A DNA stretch of 64,000 bases. Origin: an uncultured Clostridiaceae bacterium. Lineage in GTDB: Bacteria; Bacillota; Clostridia; Monoglobales; Firm-18. Every line of letters starts with the position of its first letter. The first letter of the stretch is position 1. The stretch is taken from NCBI GenBank assembly GCA_964573775.1, contig CAZNKU010000002.1, forward strand, positions 9,286 through 73,285, written 5' to 3'. Positions 19,246 to 28,444 of this stretch are shown in pieces. The notes beneath the pieces are model-generated. The model was given only the letters and a program-made list of their open reading frames with translations. It was not told where the DNA came from and searched no databases. Position numbers and translations under genes: made by a program.

Positions 19246-19344
19246 TTTTATTTTGCCGAGGTGTGTTTTTGAGTGCTTTATATCCTATATGATTAGGTAG
19301 ATTATATATTGCCAGGTAAATATTATTGTGTGAGGGGTGTTTTT

Positions 19345-20250
19345 ATGGATTTGGTAACATGTGCAATTACAACACATAAACGCAAACCGGAAATTGTTGA
19401 AAGAGCATTGAAGAGTATATTGAATCAAACACATAAAAATATTGAGGTTTTTATTGTTGATGACAGTCCTGCTGATTGGGAATACCGCAGTGAAGTGAAA
19501 AATATGGTTGAATCATATTCGGAGCATAATGTTATGTATATCGCTCACGAAGAATGCATGGGAGCATGTGTAGCAAGAAATACAGCCCTTGAAAATGCCA
19601 AAGGTGTATACATAGGTTACCTTGATGACGATGATGAATGGTGTCCGGACAAGATAGAAAAACAATTGCAAGGATTCACTAATAAAAATATAGCTCTTGT
19701 ATATTGTGATCATAAAATTATATACGATGGAACAGATAGGGTGAAAAATATAGTATCTGAAAAGCACTCCGGCTATGTGTTTGATAAATTGTTTTTCAGT
19801 AATTTCATAGGTTCTACATCTTTTCCCTTGATAAAAACAAAATGTTTAAAAGAAATTGGCGGATTTGATCCACTTATGCCTGCAGCACAGGATTATGATG
19901 TGTGGATTAGAATTGCAGAGAAATATGAAGTTAATTATGTGTCAGCGGAACTTGTTGTGTATCATGCTCACGAGGGAGAACAAATTACTAAAAATCCAGC
20001 TAAAAAAAACAATGGATTAAAGAGGATTATGGAAAAGCATAAAGATTACTTAAATGCTAACAAAGAGGCTTATTGGGTGCGTTATATGAAGCTGATTCTT
20101 TCACACATGAATGCAAAACAATATTCTGAAGCATTAAGATGTTGGAGAAAGGCTGCTTTTAAGTGTCCGCTAAAAATTACAGAAAATTTACATTATTTGT
20201 ATTTAATATTTGCAAAGATGTTTGTTAGTATAAGAGATAGAAAAAAATAA
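19345..20250 (+). CDS. Family 2 glycosyltransferase
   Basis: GAGGGG RBS before the ATG at 19345; NQTHKNIEVFIVDDS and LDDDDEW motifs. Confidence 0.75.
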   Translation: MDLVTCAITTHKRKPEIVERALKSILNQTHKNIEVFIVDDSPADWEYRSEVKNMVESYSEHNVMYIAHEECMGACVARNTALENAKGVYIGYLDDDDEWCPDKIEKQLQGFTNKNIALVYCDHKIIYDGTDRVKNIVSEKHSGYVFDKLFFSNFIGSTSFPLIKTKCLKEIGGFDPLMPAAQDYDVWIRIAEKYEVNYVSAELVVYHAHEGEQITKNPAKKNNGLKRIMEKHKDYLNANKEAYWVRYMKLILSHMNAKQYSEALRCWRKAAFKCPLKITENLHYLYLIFAKMFVSIRDRKK

Positions 20251-20279
20251 ATCTTTTGGGATTGATGGGAGAAAGAAAT

Positions 20280-21443
20280 ATGAAAAAGTATATTCTGGTT
20301 ACCGGCGGAGAACTCCGAAATAAAGGAGCTCAGGCAATGACATTTATTACAGTTGACCAAATTGCAAAGAAATTTCCTGAATACCGTGTTGTTTTATTGG
20401 ACGGCTACGATTATAGTGAGGGACTAACGAAAAATTTAAAGTTTCAATTTACAAAATTAGCAAGAATACGATATATGCTTAATTGCTTAAAACCTTGGAA
20501 AAATCCATTTCCAAAAAAATATGAAGTTTCTGAAATTTTTAATAATTTGGCAGGGGTTGTGGATATAAGCGGATACAGACTTGGGTCAAATTGGCCTGAT
20601 CATACTGTTAAGTCATACATACGAACCATTTTTTTTGCCAAACATCTTGGCGTACCGGTATATTTGATGCCGCAATCTTTCGGACCGTTTGAATTTAAGG
20701 GAAAAAACAAGTTTATACTTAATACTTTAATAAAGAGATATCTTAAATATCCAAAGGTTATAATGGCAAGAGAAACCGAAGGGTATAATTGGCTTTGTGA
20801 AAAGTATAAACTTAAAAATGTAGTTAAAACCCCTGACCTTGTACTGCAGAACACAGGTATTGATTTAGCCAATATTTTTCATAAAGTTCCCGAAACATTT
20901 AAACTTTCCGTACGTGAAAACAGTGTTGCCATAATTCCAAACAGTAAAAATAATAAATTTGGAAATAAAGAAGAAATAATGATTTTGTATAAAAATATTA
21001 TAGATATGCTTTTGGAAAAAGGGAAGTATGTATATCTTTTGTATCATGCAAAAGAAGATTTGTCCATTTGCAGAGAAATGAAAGAATTGTATACGGAAAA
21101 TGAAAATGTAATTCTCGTAGAGCAGGAGTTGGGATGTATAGAATACGGTGATTGTGTTGGTAAGTTTGATTATATTATAGGCTCCAGATATCATTCCATA
21201 GTTCATGCATACAAGGAATATACACCTGCAATAGTTTTTGGATGGGCAACCAAGTACAGAGAACTTGCAGAAATGTTCGGACAGGAAGGTTATTGCTTTG
21301 ATGTACGAAATTCTATGAATACAGAAAATATATTGAATAAAATTGAAATTATGTGTAATCTTTTTGATGAAGAATCTCAAAAAATCAAAAAAGTTATGAA
21401 TGAGGTTCAAAGCAGTAATGTATATGATTATTTAGAATTTTAG
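20280..21443 (+). CDS. Polysaccharide pyruvyl transferase (WcaK/CsaB family)
   Basis: MKKYILVTGGELRNKGAQAM start and SRYHSIVHA region typical of PS_pyruv_trans. Confidence 0.65.
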   Translation: MKKYILVTGGELRNKGAQAMTFITVDQIAKKFPEYRVVLLDGYDYSEGLTKNLKFQFTKLARIRYMLNCLKPWKNPFPKKYEVSEIFNNLAGVVDISGYRLGSNWPDHTVKSYIRTIFFAKHLGVPVYLMPQSFGPFEFKGKNKFILNTLIKRYLKYPKVIMARETEGYNWLCEKYKLKNVVKTPDLVLQNTGIDLANIFHKVPETFKLSVRENSVAIIPNSKNNKFGNKEEIMILYKNIIDMLLEKGKYVYLLYHAKEDLSICREMKELYTENENVILVEQELGCIEYGDCVGKFDYIIGSRYHSIVHAYKEYTPAIVFGWATKYRELAEMFGQEGYCFDVRNSMNTENILNKIEIMCNLFDEESQKIKKVMNEVQSSNVYDYLEF

Positions 21444-21452
21444 AGGTGTAAA

Positions 21453-22970
21453 ATGAGCGAAAGTAGAACTAAAAATGCTTCAAGGAATATAATTTTCGGT
21501 TTTGCTAACAGGTTTGTGGTACTTTGTCTTCCCTTTGTTACGAGAACAATCATCTTGTATTTGCTTGGTTCGGAATATTTAGGCATAGGCACATTATTTT
21601 CATCTGTACTTAGTTTTCTTAATCTTGCAGAATTGGGTTTAGGCAGTGCAATAGTTTATTCTATGTATAAACCGATTGCAGAAAATGATGTTGTCAAAAT
21701 TGGAGCACTATTGAATTTTTACAAAAAGTTGTACAGGCTTATCGGTATAGTTATTTTAGCAGTTGGGTCCATGTTGGTGCCATTTATACCATATTTAATG
21801 AAGGGCGGAGCACCGCAAAATCTTAATCCATACTTGCTTTATTATTTATACCTTATAAATTCCGTTATAAGTTATTTCTTTGCAGGATATAAACAGAGTC
21901 TTTTGACATCCCATCAAAGAAGTGACATTATTAGTAATATTTCGACGCTTATAAGTATATTTATACAGATAGGACAGATTGTTCTTTTGTGTGTAACAAG
22001 GAGTTTGTATACATACGCAATCGTTCCGATTTGCGGAACAATTCTTACAAATATATGTATAGCTATTATTACAAAAAGAAAGTATCCTGACATAAAATGC
22101 GAAGGGGATATTTCATCAGATATCAAGAATGAAATTAAGACTAAAATAGGTGGTTTGTTTGGAACAAAGCTTAACAGTATTGTTGTTCACTCTGCAGACA
22201 CTTTGATTATTTCAGCATTTCTGGGTCTTAGTATGACAGCAAAATACGGAAACTATTACTATATTATGAATGCAATATGCGGTTTTATTATGGTATTTTA
22301 TTCATCAATGACGGCAGGTATAGGTAACAAACTTGTGGTTGATTCCATAGAGGAAAACTATAAATTCTTTAAAAATATGAATTTTATCAATGCATGGCTT
22401 GTTGGTTGGTGCAGTATTTGTCTGCTGTGCCTGTATGAACCGTTTATGGAGCTTTGGGTCGGAGACAGTATGAAACTGGGCATTGTATTTGTAATACTTA
22501 TGGTTGTATATTTTTACATATATATGATTCAAAGAAATATGCTAACATTTAAAGATGCAGCAGGACTTTGGAATAAGGATTGGATGAGGCCTTATATTTC
22601 CATGTCTTTGAATGTTGTTTCTAATTTGGTTCTGGTAAGGTTTATTGGCATTTATGGAATAGTTGTTTCAACGATTCTGGCATTTTTAATATCTGTTCCG
22701 TGGGTAACCAGTGTGTTGTTTAAGAATCTGTTTAAGATGTCACCCGCAAAAAATCTTTTTGCAATCTTTAAATATTCTATATTTACTATTGCTATTGCAT
22801 GTGTTACATATTTTATTTGCGGATTGTGTATGGAAGGGTTTATAGGTTTGATACAGCGTGCAATAATCTGCTGTGTTGTGCCTAATATATTTTTTATATT
22901 GTTTTTCTTTAAGACTGCAGAGTTTGCTTATTTAAAGGATTTTATTCTTAAGAAGGTACTTAAACATTAA
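21453..22970 (+). CDS. wzx: MOP-superfamily polysaccharide flippase (Wzx)
   Basis: 505 aa, about 14 TM segments, N-terminal RNIIFGF..R pattern. Confidence 0.7.
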   Translation: MSESRTKNASRNIIFGFANRFVVLCLPFVTRTIILYLLGSEYLGIGTLFSSVLSFLNLAELGLGSAIVYSMYKPIAENDVVKIGALLNFYKKLYRLIGIVILAVGSMLVPFIPYLMKGGAPQNLNPYLLYYLYLINSVISYFFAGYKQSLLTSHQRSDIISNISTLISIFIQIGQIVLLCVTRSLYTYAIVPICGTILTNICIAIITKRKYPDIKCEGDISSDIKNEIKTKIGGLFGTKLNSIVVHSADTLIISAFLGLSMTAKYGNYYYIMNAICGFIMVFYSSMTAGIGNKLVVDSIEENYKFFKNMNFINAWLVGWCSICLLCLYEPFMELWVGDSMKLGIVFVILMVVYFYIYMIQRNMLTFKDAAGLWNKDWMRPYISMSLNVVSNLVLVRFIGIYGIVVSTILAFLISVPWVTSVLFKNLFKMSPAKNLFAIFKYSIFTIAIACVTYFICGLCMEGFIGLIQRAIICCVVPNIFFILFFFKTAEFAYLKDFILKKVLKH

Positions 22971-22994
22971 AACAATATGATGGGAGTAGGTAAT

Positions 22995-23954
22995 ATGAGG
23001 ATAAAAGAAAAAATCAAGACAGTGGCAAACATGATTGTCAGGAAAAGTTCTTATAAGGATTTATTTAATAATTATCAAAAAAGATATGTAAAAAACACTT
23101 TTGGTAATGGTGTATATGTTAATTACAGTCAATATGAAGCTGTTATTACCAAAATGTATCATACAGTTGAAAAGGGTTTGTCCTATGTTGATTACAGAGC
23201 AGGTTTTGGGGAAAAGGCGATTTTTGAATTGGTTGATACTATGGAAAAGTATAGCCGTAATTATGATGTTAATGCTTTCTTTTATCAGACTGCACTTTGT
23301 ACATTATATGAATATATTGAAAAAAACAGAAAATACGGCTACGAAAATAAAGAATTAGAATCAAAAATAAAAAATCTTTCAGGTATGCCAAATGAGGTTG
23401 GAGGAATTATTACTTTTAATCCTGAAAATATACCTGCTGATTTTGAAGAATTTGTTATGAGCCGTCACAGCATAAGGGAATTTTCCAATGTGCCTGTGGA
23501 TGTTGAAAAACTTGTCTCGGCAATTAAACTTTCTCAGCATACTCCCTCAGCATGTAACCGTCAGGGGTGGAAAACAAGAATTGTTGCAGATAAAGACGTC
23601 TTAAGAACTATTCTTAATAACCAGAACGGAAACAGGGGATTTGGAGATAAAATTGATAAATTATTGGTTATAACATGTGATTTGTGTTATTTTAATAAAA
23701 GCAGAGAAGTGCATCAGGCTTTTATAGATGGAGGTATGTATGCAATGAATATATTGCATAGTTTGCACTATAATAAAATTGCCACAATTCCACTAAGTGC
23801 TTCGTTGAATGTAGTTCAGGATGAAAATGTCAGAAAAGCGATAAATATGAAGAATTCGGAAATTTTGATTATGTTTATTGGCGTGGGCAATTATCCAGAA
23901 ACTTGTCAGACTACAAGATCCGAAAGAAGAAAAGCTGATATTGAAATAATATAA
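22995..23954 (+). CDS. Nitroreductase-fold protein with an N-terminal extension of about 150 aa
   Basis: SRHSIREF, PSACNRQ, NGNRGF motifs in the C-terminal 170 aa. Confidence 0.55.
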   Translation: MRIKEKIKTVANMIVRKSSYKDLFNNYQKRYVKNTFGNGVYVNYSQYEAVITKMYHTVEKGLSYVDYRAGFGEKAIFELVDTMEKYSRNYDVNAFFYQTALCTLYEYIEKNRKYGYENKELESKIKNLSGMPNEVGGIITFNPENIPADFEEFVMSRHSIREFSNVPVDVEKLVSAIKLSQHTPSACNRQGWKTRIVADKDVLRTILNNQNGNRGFGDKIDKLLVITCDLCYFNKSREVHQAFIDGGMYAMNILHSLHYNKIATIPLSASLNVVQDENVRKAINMKNSEILIMFIGVGNYPETCQTTRSERRKADIEII

Positions 23955-23969
23955 CATTGGAGAGATTTT

Positions 23970-25145
23970 ATGAAATGTGTTGAGAGATTTCAAAATACGT
24001 ATAATAAAGAACCTGACGGTATTGCCTTTTGTCCGTATAGGATTTGTCCAATTGGTGCACATTCCGACCATCAGTACGGCAAAATAACCGGACTTGCCAT
24101 AGACAAGGGTATTCATATTGCTTATGGACCAAAGAAAAACGGAGTTATAGAGCTTGTTTCAATGCAGTTTAACAAGCGGGCACAGTTTCATGTTGCAAGC
24201 ATTCCGAAAACTCCTCAAAATGACTGGGCAGATTATTTGCGAGGGGCAGCTTTTGCGTTGGCAAAAAATCATGACCTTGAAGTTGGGCTTTGCGGAGTTA
24301 TAGAAGGTAGCTTGCCAATTGGCGGTCTTTCATCTTCCGCAGCGGTTATTATTGCATTTTTGTCAGCACTTTGCACAGTAAACAAAATAAAAATATCTAA
24401 GCAGGAACTTATTATGACGGCACTTTCTGCGGAAAATAATTACGTTGGTGTATCATGCGGAAAGCTTGACCAGTCATGTGAAGTGTACAGCAAGAAAAAG
24501 CATTTGCTTTACCTTGATACAAAGGATGACAGCTACGAGCTTATTCCTCAGAACCCTGATATGAAACCTTATGAAATTGCAGTTTTCTTCAGCGGTGTAG
24601 AGCGTTCTCTTGCAGGCTCTGCTTTTAATATGAGGGTTGACGAATGCCGAAGCGCCGCATATGCACTTAAGGCGTATGCCGGTTTGGAATATGGGAAATT
24701 CGATGAAACGAACCTTCGCGAAGTGCCATATGAGGTGTATTTGAAATATAAGGAAAGGTTGCCCGAGAACTGGGCAAAACGAGCTGAACATTGGTATACA
24801 GAATATATGCGTGTTGAAGTCGGAGTAGAAGCATGGCGAAAGGGAGATATAGAAACATATGGCAAACTTTCCTTTGAAAGCGGAAGAAGTTCCATTGAAA
24901 ATTGGGAAACAGGCTCGCCTGAACTTAAATCTATATATGAAATAATGCTTGAAACCGATGGTATATACGGAGGGCGTTTCAGTGGTGCAGGCTTTAAAGG
25001 TTGCTGTATGGCGCTCATAGACCCTGCATTCAAAAAAGAAATTTCAAAAAATGTTACCGAAAAATATCTTGCAATGTTTCCGCAGTATAAAGATACATTT
25101 TCAGTACATTTTTGTAAATCTGCAGATGGTTGCAAAATAAAATAA
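23970..25145 (+). CDS. GHMP sugar-1-kinase, galactokinase family (substrate unassigned)
   Basis: PYRICPIGAHSDHQ and PIGGLSSSAA GHMP motifs; GGRFSGAGFKGC. Confidence 0.7.
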   Translation: MKCVERFQNTYNKEPDGIAFCPYRICPIGAHSDHQYGKITGLAIDKGIHIAYGPKKNGVIELVSMQFNKRAQFHVASIPKTPQNDWADYLRGAAFALAKNHDLEVGLCGVIEGSLPIGGLSSSAAVIIAFLSALCTVNKIKISKQELIMTALSAENNYVGVSCGKLDQSCEVYSKKKHLLYLDTKDDSYELIPQNPDMKPYEIAVFFSGVERSLAGSAFNMRVDECRSAAYALKAYAGLEYGKFDETNLREVPYEVYLKYKERLPENWAKRAEHWYTEYMRVEVGVEAWRKGDIETYGKLSFESGRSSIENWETGSPELKSIYEIMLETDGIYGGRFSGAGFKGCCMALIDPAFKKEISKNVTEKYLAMFPQYKDTFSVHFCKSADGCKIK

Positions 25146-25157
25146 GGGGATTATAAT

Positions 25158-25895
25158 ATGATATGCTTAATATTAGCGGCAGGTTATGCCACAAGACTTT
25201 ATCCACTAACTGAAAATTTCCCAAAGCCTCTTTTAAAGGTTGGGGAAAAGACAATTCTTGACCACCTTACAGATGACATATATTCCGGTGGCAAGATAGA
25301 AGAATTTATTGTTATTTCCAACCACAAGTTTGCACAGCATTTTGAGGATTGGGCAAAAACAAAGGAATATAAAATCACAGTAGTTGATGACGGCACAAGC
25401 ACTAACGAAACACGCCTTGGAGCAGTCAAGGATATTAAGTTTGCCATTGATAAATTAAATTTAAGTGATGATATGCTGATTATAGCAGGGGATAATGTCC
25501 TCGATTTTTCTCTTAATAAATTTGTTGATTATGCAATATCTAAAAATTCAAGTGCTGTAATGAGATATTTTGAGGGTGAAAAGAAAAGATTGCAAAAGTG
25601 CGGCGTTTTAGAACTTGATGATGCTGATTTAATTAAAGGTATGGAGGAAAAACCTCAAGAACCAAAATCTAATTGGTGTTGTCCGCCCTTCTATTTCTAT
25701 AAAAAAGATGATATTTCAAGAATTGGAGAGGCAATATCTGACGGATGCGGTGTAGATGCACCGGGAAGCTTGGTTTCCTGGATGTGTAAAAAATCATCAG
25801 TTTATGCTTTTGAAATGCCCGGTTCAAGATATGACATCGGCAACCTTGAAAGTTATGAAAAAGTACAAGAGGAGTATAAAGGAATAACATGCTGA
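25158..25895 (+). CDS. Sugar-1-phosphate nucleotidyltransferase
   Basis: LILAAGYATRLYPLTENFPKPLL signature. Confidence 0.75.
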   Translation: MICLILAAGYATRLYPLTENFPKPLLKVGEKTILDHLTDDIYSGGKIEEFIVISNHKFAQHFEDWAKTKEYKITVVDDGTSTNETRLGAVKDIKFAIDKLNLSDDMLIIAGDNVLDFSLNKFVDYAISKNSSAVMRYFEGEKKRLQKCGVLELDDADLIKGMEEKPQEPKSNWCCPPFYFYKKDDISRIGEAISDGCGVDAPGSLVSWMCKKSSVYAFEMPGSRYDIGNLESYEKVQEEYKGITC

Positions 25896-26962
25896 TACCT
25901 AATGTTGATCTCAATAACAAAACAATAATGGTTACAGGGGCTGCAGGGTTTGTAGGTGCAAATCTTGTTATGGAGCTTTTAAATTCATATGACAATGTTA
26001 ATATTATCGGTGTAGATAATCTTAATGATTATTACGATGTTTCCATAAAGGAATACCGTCTTTCAGAGATAGAAAAGCTTGTTGTCCAAAAGCCTGAAAG
26101 TAACTGGACATTAGTAAGAGGAAGTATCGCAGACAGACAGCTTATGGATAGTATTTTTGAAGAATACAGACCAAATGTAGTTGTAAACCTTGCTGCACAG
26201 GCGGGTGTAAGGTATTCTATTACAAATCCTGATGTATACATAGAATCAAACATTATAGGATTTTATAATATTTTAGAAGCCTGCAGAAAGTATCCTGTTG
26301 AGCATTTAGTGTATGCTTCAAGCTCATCAGTTTACGGTTCAAACAAAAAAATACCATATTCAACAGACGATAAGGTAGATAACCCTGTTTCACTTTATGC
26401 GGCTACCAAAAAGTCTAATGAACTTTTGGCACATTCGTATTCCAAACTTTACAATATTCCGTCAACAGGTTTAAGATTTTTTACTGTATATGGACCTGCG
26501 GGCAGACCGGACATGGCTTATTTTGGATTTACAAACAAGCTTTTAAAGGGTGAAACCATACAAATATTTAACTTTGGTAACTGCAAAAGAGATTTCACCT
26601 TTGTGGACGATATAGTTGAGGGTGTAAGAAGAGTTATGGAATGTGCACCGGAAAAGGAGGATGGTGAAGATGGTTTACCGTTGCCTCCGTACAGAGTTTA
26701 CAACATCGGTAATAACAGTCCGGAAAACTTGTTGGACTTTGTAGATATACTTCAACAAGAACTTATCAATGCAGGTGTGTTGCCTGAAGATTATGACTTT
26801 GAAGCACACAAAGAACTTGTGCCTATGCAACCCGGAGATGTTCCTGTTACCTACGCAGATACATCAGCACTTGAGCGTGATTTTGGTTTTAAGCCATCCA
26901 CAAGTTTGCGTGATGGATTGCGTAAATTTGCAGAGTGGTATAAAACGTTTTATAATTGCTAA
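25889..26962 (+). CDS. NAD-dependent epimerase, UDP-glucuronate 4-epimerase-like (CapI/Cap1J type)
   Basis: VTGAAGFVGANL, YASSSSVYG, YAATKK (YxxxK) and overall resemblance to the CapI family. Confidence 0.7.
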   Translation: MLIPNVDLNNKTIMVTGAAGFVGANLVMELLNSYDNVNIIGVDNLNDYYDVSIKEYRLSEIEKLVVQKPESNWTLVRGSIADRQLMDSIFEEYRPNVVVNLAAQAGVRYSITNPDVYIESNIIGFYNILEACRKYPVEHLVYASSSSVYGSNKKIPYSTDDKVDNPVSLYAATKKSNELLAHSYSKLYNIPSTGLRFFTVYGPAGRPDMAYFGFTNKLLKGETIQIFNFGNCKRDFTFVDDIVEGVRRVMECAPEKEDGEDGLPLPPYRVYNIGNNSPENLLDFVDILQQELINAGVLPEDYDFEAHKELVPMQPGDVPVTYADTSALERDFGFKPSTSLRDGLRKFAEWYKTFYNC

Positions 26963-26970
26963 TAAACAAA

Positions 26971-27008
26971 CGCAAGGAAAATCCGATATTTTCCTTGCGT
27001 TTTCTCTT
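26971..27008. terminator. Bidirectional terminator closing the glycan operon and the convergent gene
   Basis: CGCAAGGAAAAT / ATTTTCCTTGCG perfect 12-bp stem followed by a T-rich tract. Confidence 0.8.
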
Positions 27009-27639
27009 ATACAGAATTGATTTTAGTATAAACATCTGTTTCGATCTTTGAAATGGATATTTCGTAAGCTGTTTTAGTAATGATATCATCTTCAAGCTTT
27101 TTTTGATACTGCCTGCTTTGCATTCTGCCTGTTATCACAATGTTGTCCCCAACCTGTAGTTTTTGGGCAAACTTTGCATTTCTGCCCCATGCAATGCAGG
27201 GTATGTAGTCGGATTTGTTGTGAGTTCGGTTTACTGCAAGCAGAATATCTGTTATCTCTCTGCCAAATGGTGTTGTGCGGTAGACAGGCTCTTTGCACAA
27301 AAAACCGTTTAATATTATTTCATTCAAATATCTTTCATTTTCGGCTTTTTCCATTGTTTTTGCAAACAGTGTAAGTATAAGTTTGTTTCCTATTTCTGTG
27401 TAATTGTTGTAAGATCTGAATTGCCCTATAATTTTTACTCTGTCACCAATTTTATAGTCTTCATCGCATAAAATACGCTCCGATGCTGTTACGGTTATAA
27501 TGTCTGCACTGTCCGAAAGTCTGGGTATTTTTACTGAAAAAGAATAAAAGCATTCACCGTAGCTTTCGTGACTGAATGTAAATTCACTTTCTAAATTACC
27601 CACCACGGCGGCATAATTGTTGTTAAGCAAGCTTTCCAC
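27007..27639 (-). CDS. Tandem OB-fold, SSB-like protein
   Basis: Two internally similar halves (GDRVKIIGQFRSYN / GDNIVITGRMQSRQY) resembling short Firmicute SSB-like proteins. Confidence 0.5.
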   Translation of the reverse strand: MESLLNNNYAAVVGNLESEFTFSHESYGECFYSFSVKIPRLSDSADIITVTASERILCDEDYKIGDRVKIIGQFRSYNNYTEIGNKLILTLFAKTMEKAENERYLNEIILNGFLCKEPVYRTTPFGREITDILLAVNRTHNKSDYIPCIAWGRNAKFAQKLQVGDNIVITGRMQSRQYQKKLEDDIITKTAYEISISKIETDVYTKINSV

Positions 27640-27691
27640 TTGTGTTCACTCTCCGTTCATATCAATAAGTATATTTAATCCTATTCATATA

Positions 27692-27731
27692 AACAAAGAA
27701 AAAGAACTGCAAAATATTTTTTACAGTTCTT
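27692..27731 (-). terminator. Terminator after mtnN
   Basis: AAGAACTG (27702-27709) / CAGTTCTT (27724-27731) stem, T-rich on the minus strand. Confidence 0.6.
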
Positions 27732-27737
27732 AAAAAC

Positions 27738-28427
27738 TTATAATGATCTTACAAATTCCAACATTATATTAATTGATATGTCAGATGCTTTTTTAGCAAA
27801 TTCCTCAAAGCTCATGTCTGCACTGCCGTCTGCGTTGTCGGAAATAACACGCAAAACTGTAAATTTTACGTTGTTAAGTGTGCATATGTGACCAATGCTA
27901 CCGCCTTCCATTTCAGCGGCTATGGCACCGAAAAGATTTTTGATTCTGTTACGCTGTGCATCAGAGGCAATAAACTGGTCGCCTGATGCGATTGTACCTT
28001 TGAAAATTTTGCTGTCACATGCTTTTTCTGCACATTTTTCAATTATGGCGTTTAGCGTATCATCGCATTTCATTTCGACCTTTTCAACCTGCGGAATGTA
28101 CCCCGGCTTGTAGCCTAAAGGCGAAATGTCAAAATCGTGCTCACACACATTTTCGGCTATTGCAATATCCATAACCTTCATATGGGGATGAAGTCCCCCT
28201 GCAACACCTGAATTCACTATAAAGTCAGGGTTGTATTTTAAAATCATTGTCTGTGCAGTCATTGCAGAGTTTACTTTACCCTCACCGCATTTTGCAACTA
28301 CTACTTCTTTTCCGAAAAGAGTACCTGTGCAGAATTTAATGCCTGAAATTTCTTCAGTCTTTAAATTTTCAATGTTTTTCTTGATGCCGTCAACTTCGAC
28401 ATCCATTGCCCCTATAATACCTATCAT
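27738..28427 (-). CDS. mtnN: 5'-methylthioadenosine/S-adenosylhomocysteine nucleosidase
   Basis: MIGIIGAMDVEV start, AAEMEG and SDNADG motifs. Confidence 0.9.
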   Translation of the reverse strand: MIGIIGAMDVEVDGIKKNIENLKTEEISGIKFCTGTLFGKEVVVAKCGEGKVNSAMTAQTMILKYNPDFIVNSGVAGGLHPHMKVMDIAIAENVCEHDFDISPLGYKPGYIPQVEKVEMKCDDTLNAIIEKCAEKACDSKIFKGTIASGDQFIASDAQRNRIKNLFGAIAAEMEGGSIGHICTLNNVKFTVLRVISDNADGSADMSFEEFAKKASDISINIMLEFVRSL

Positions 28428-28444
28428 AATTTCAACCTCTTTTA

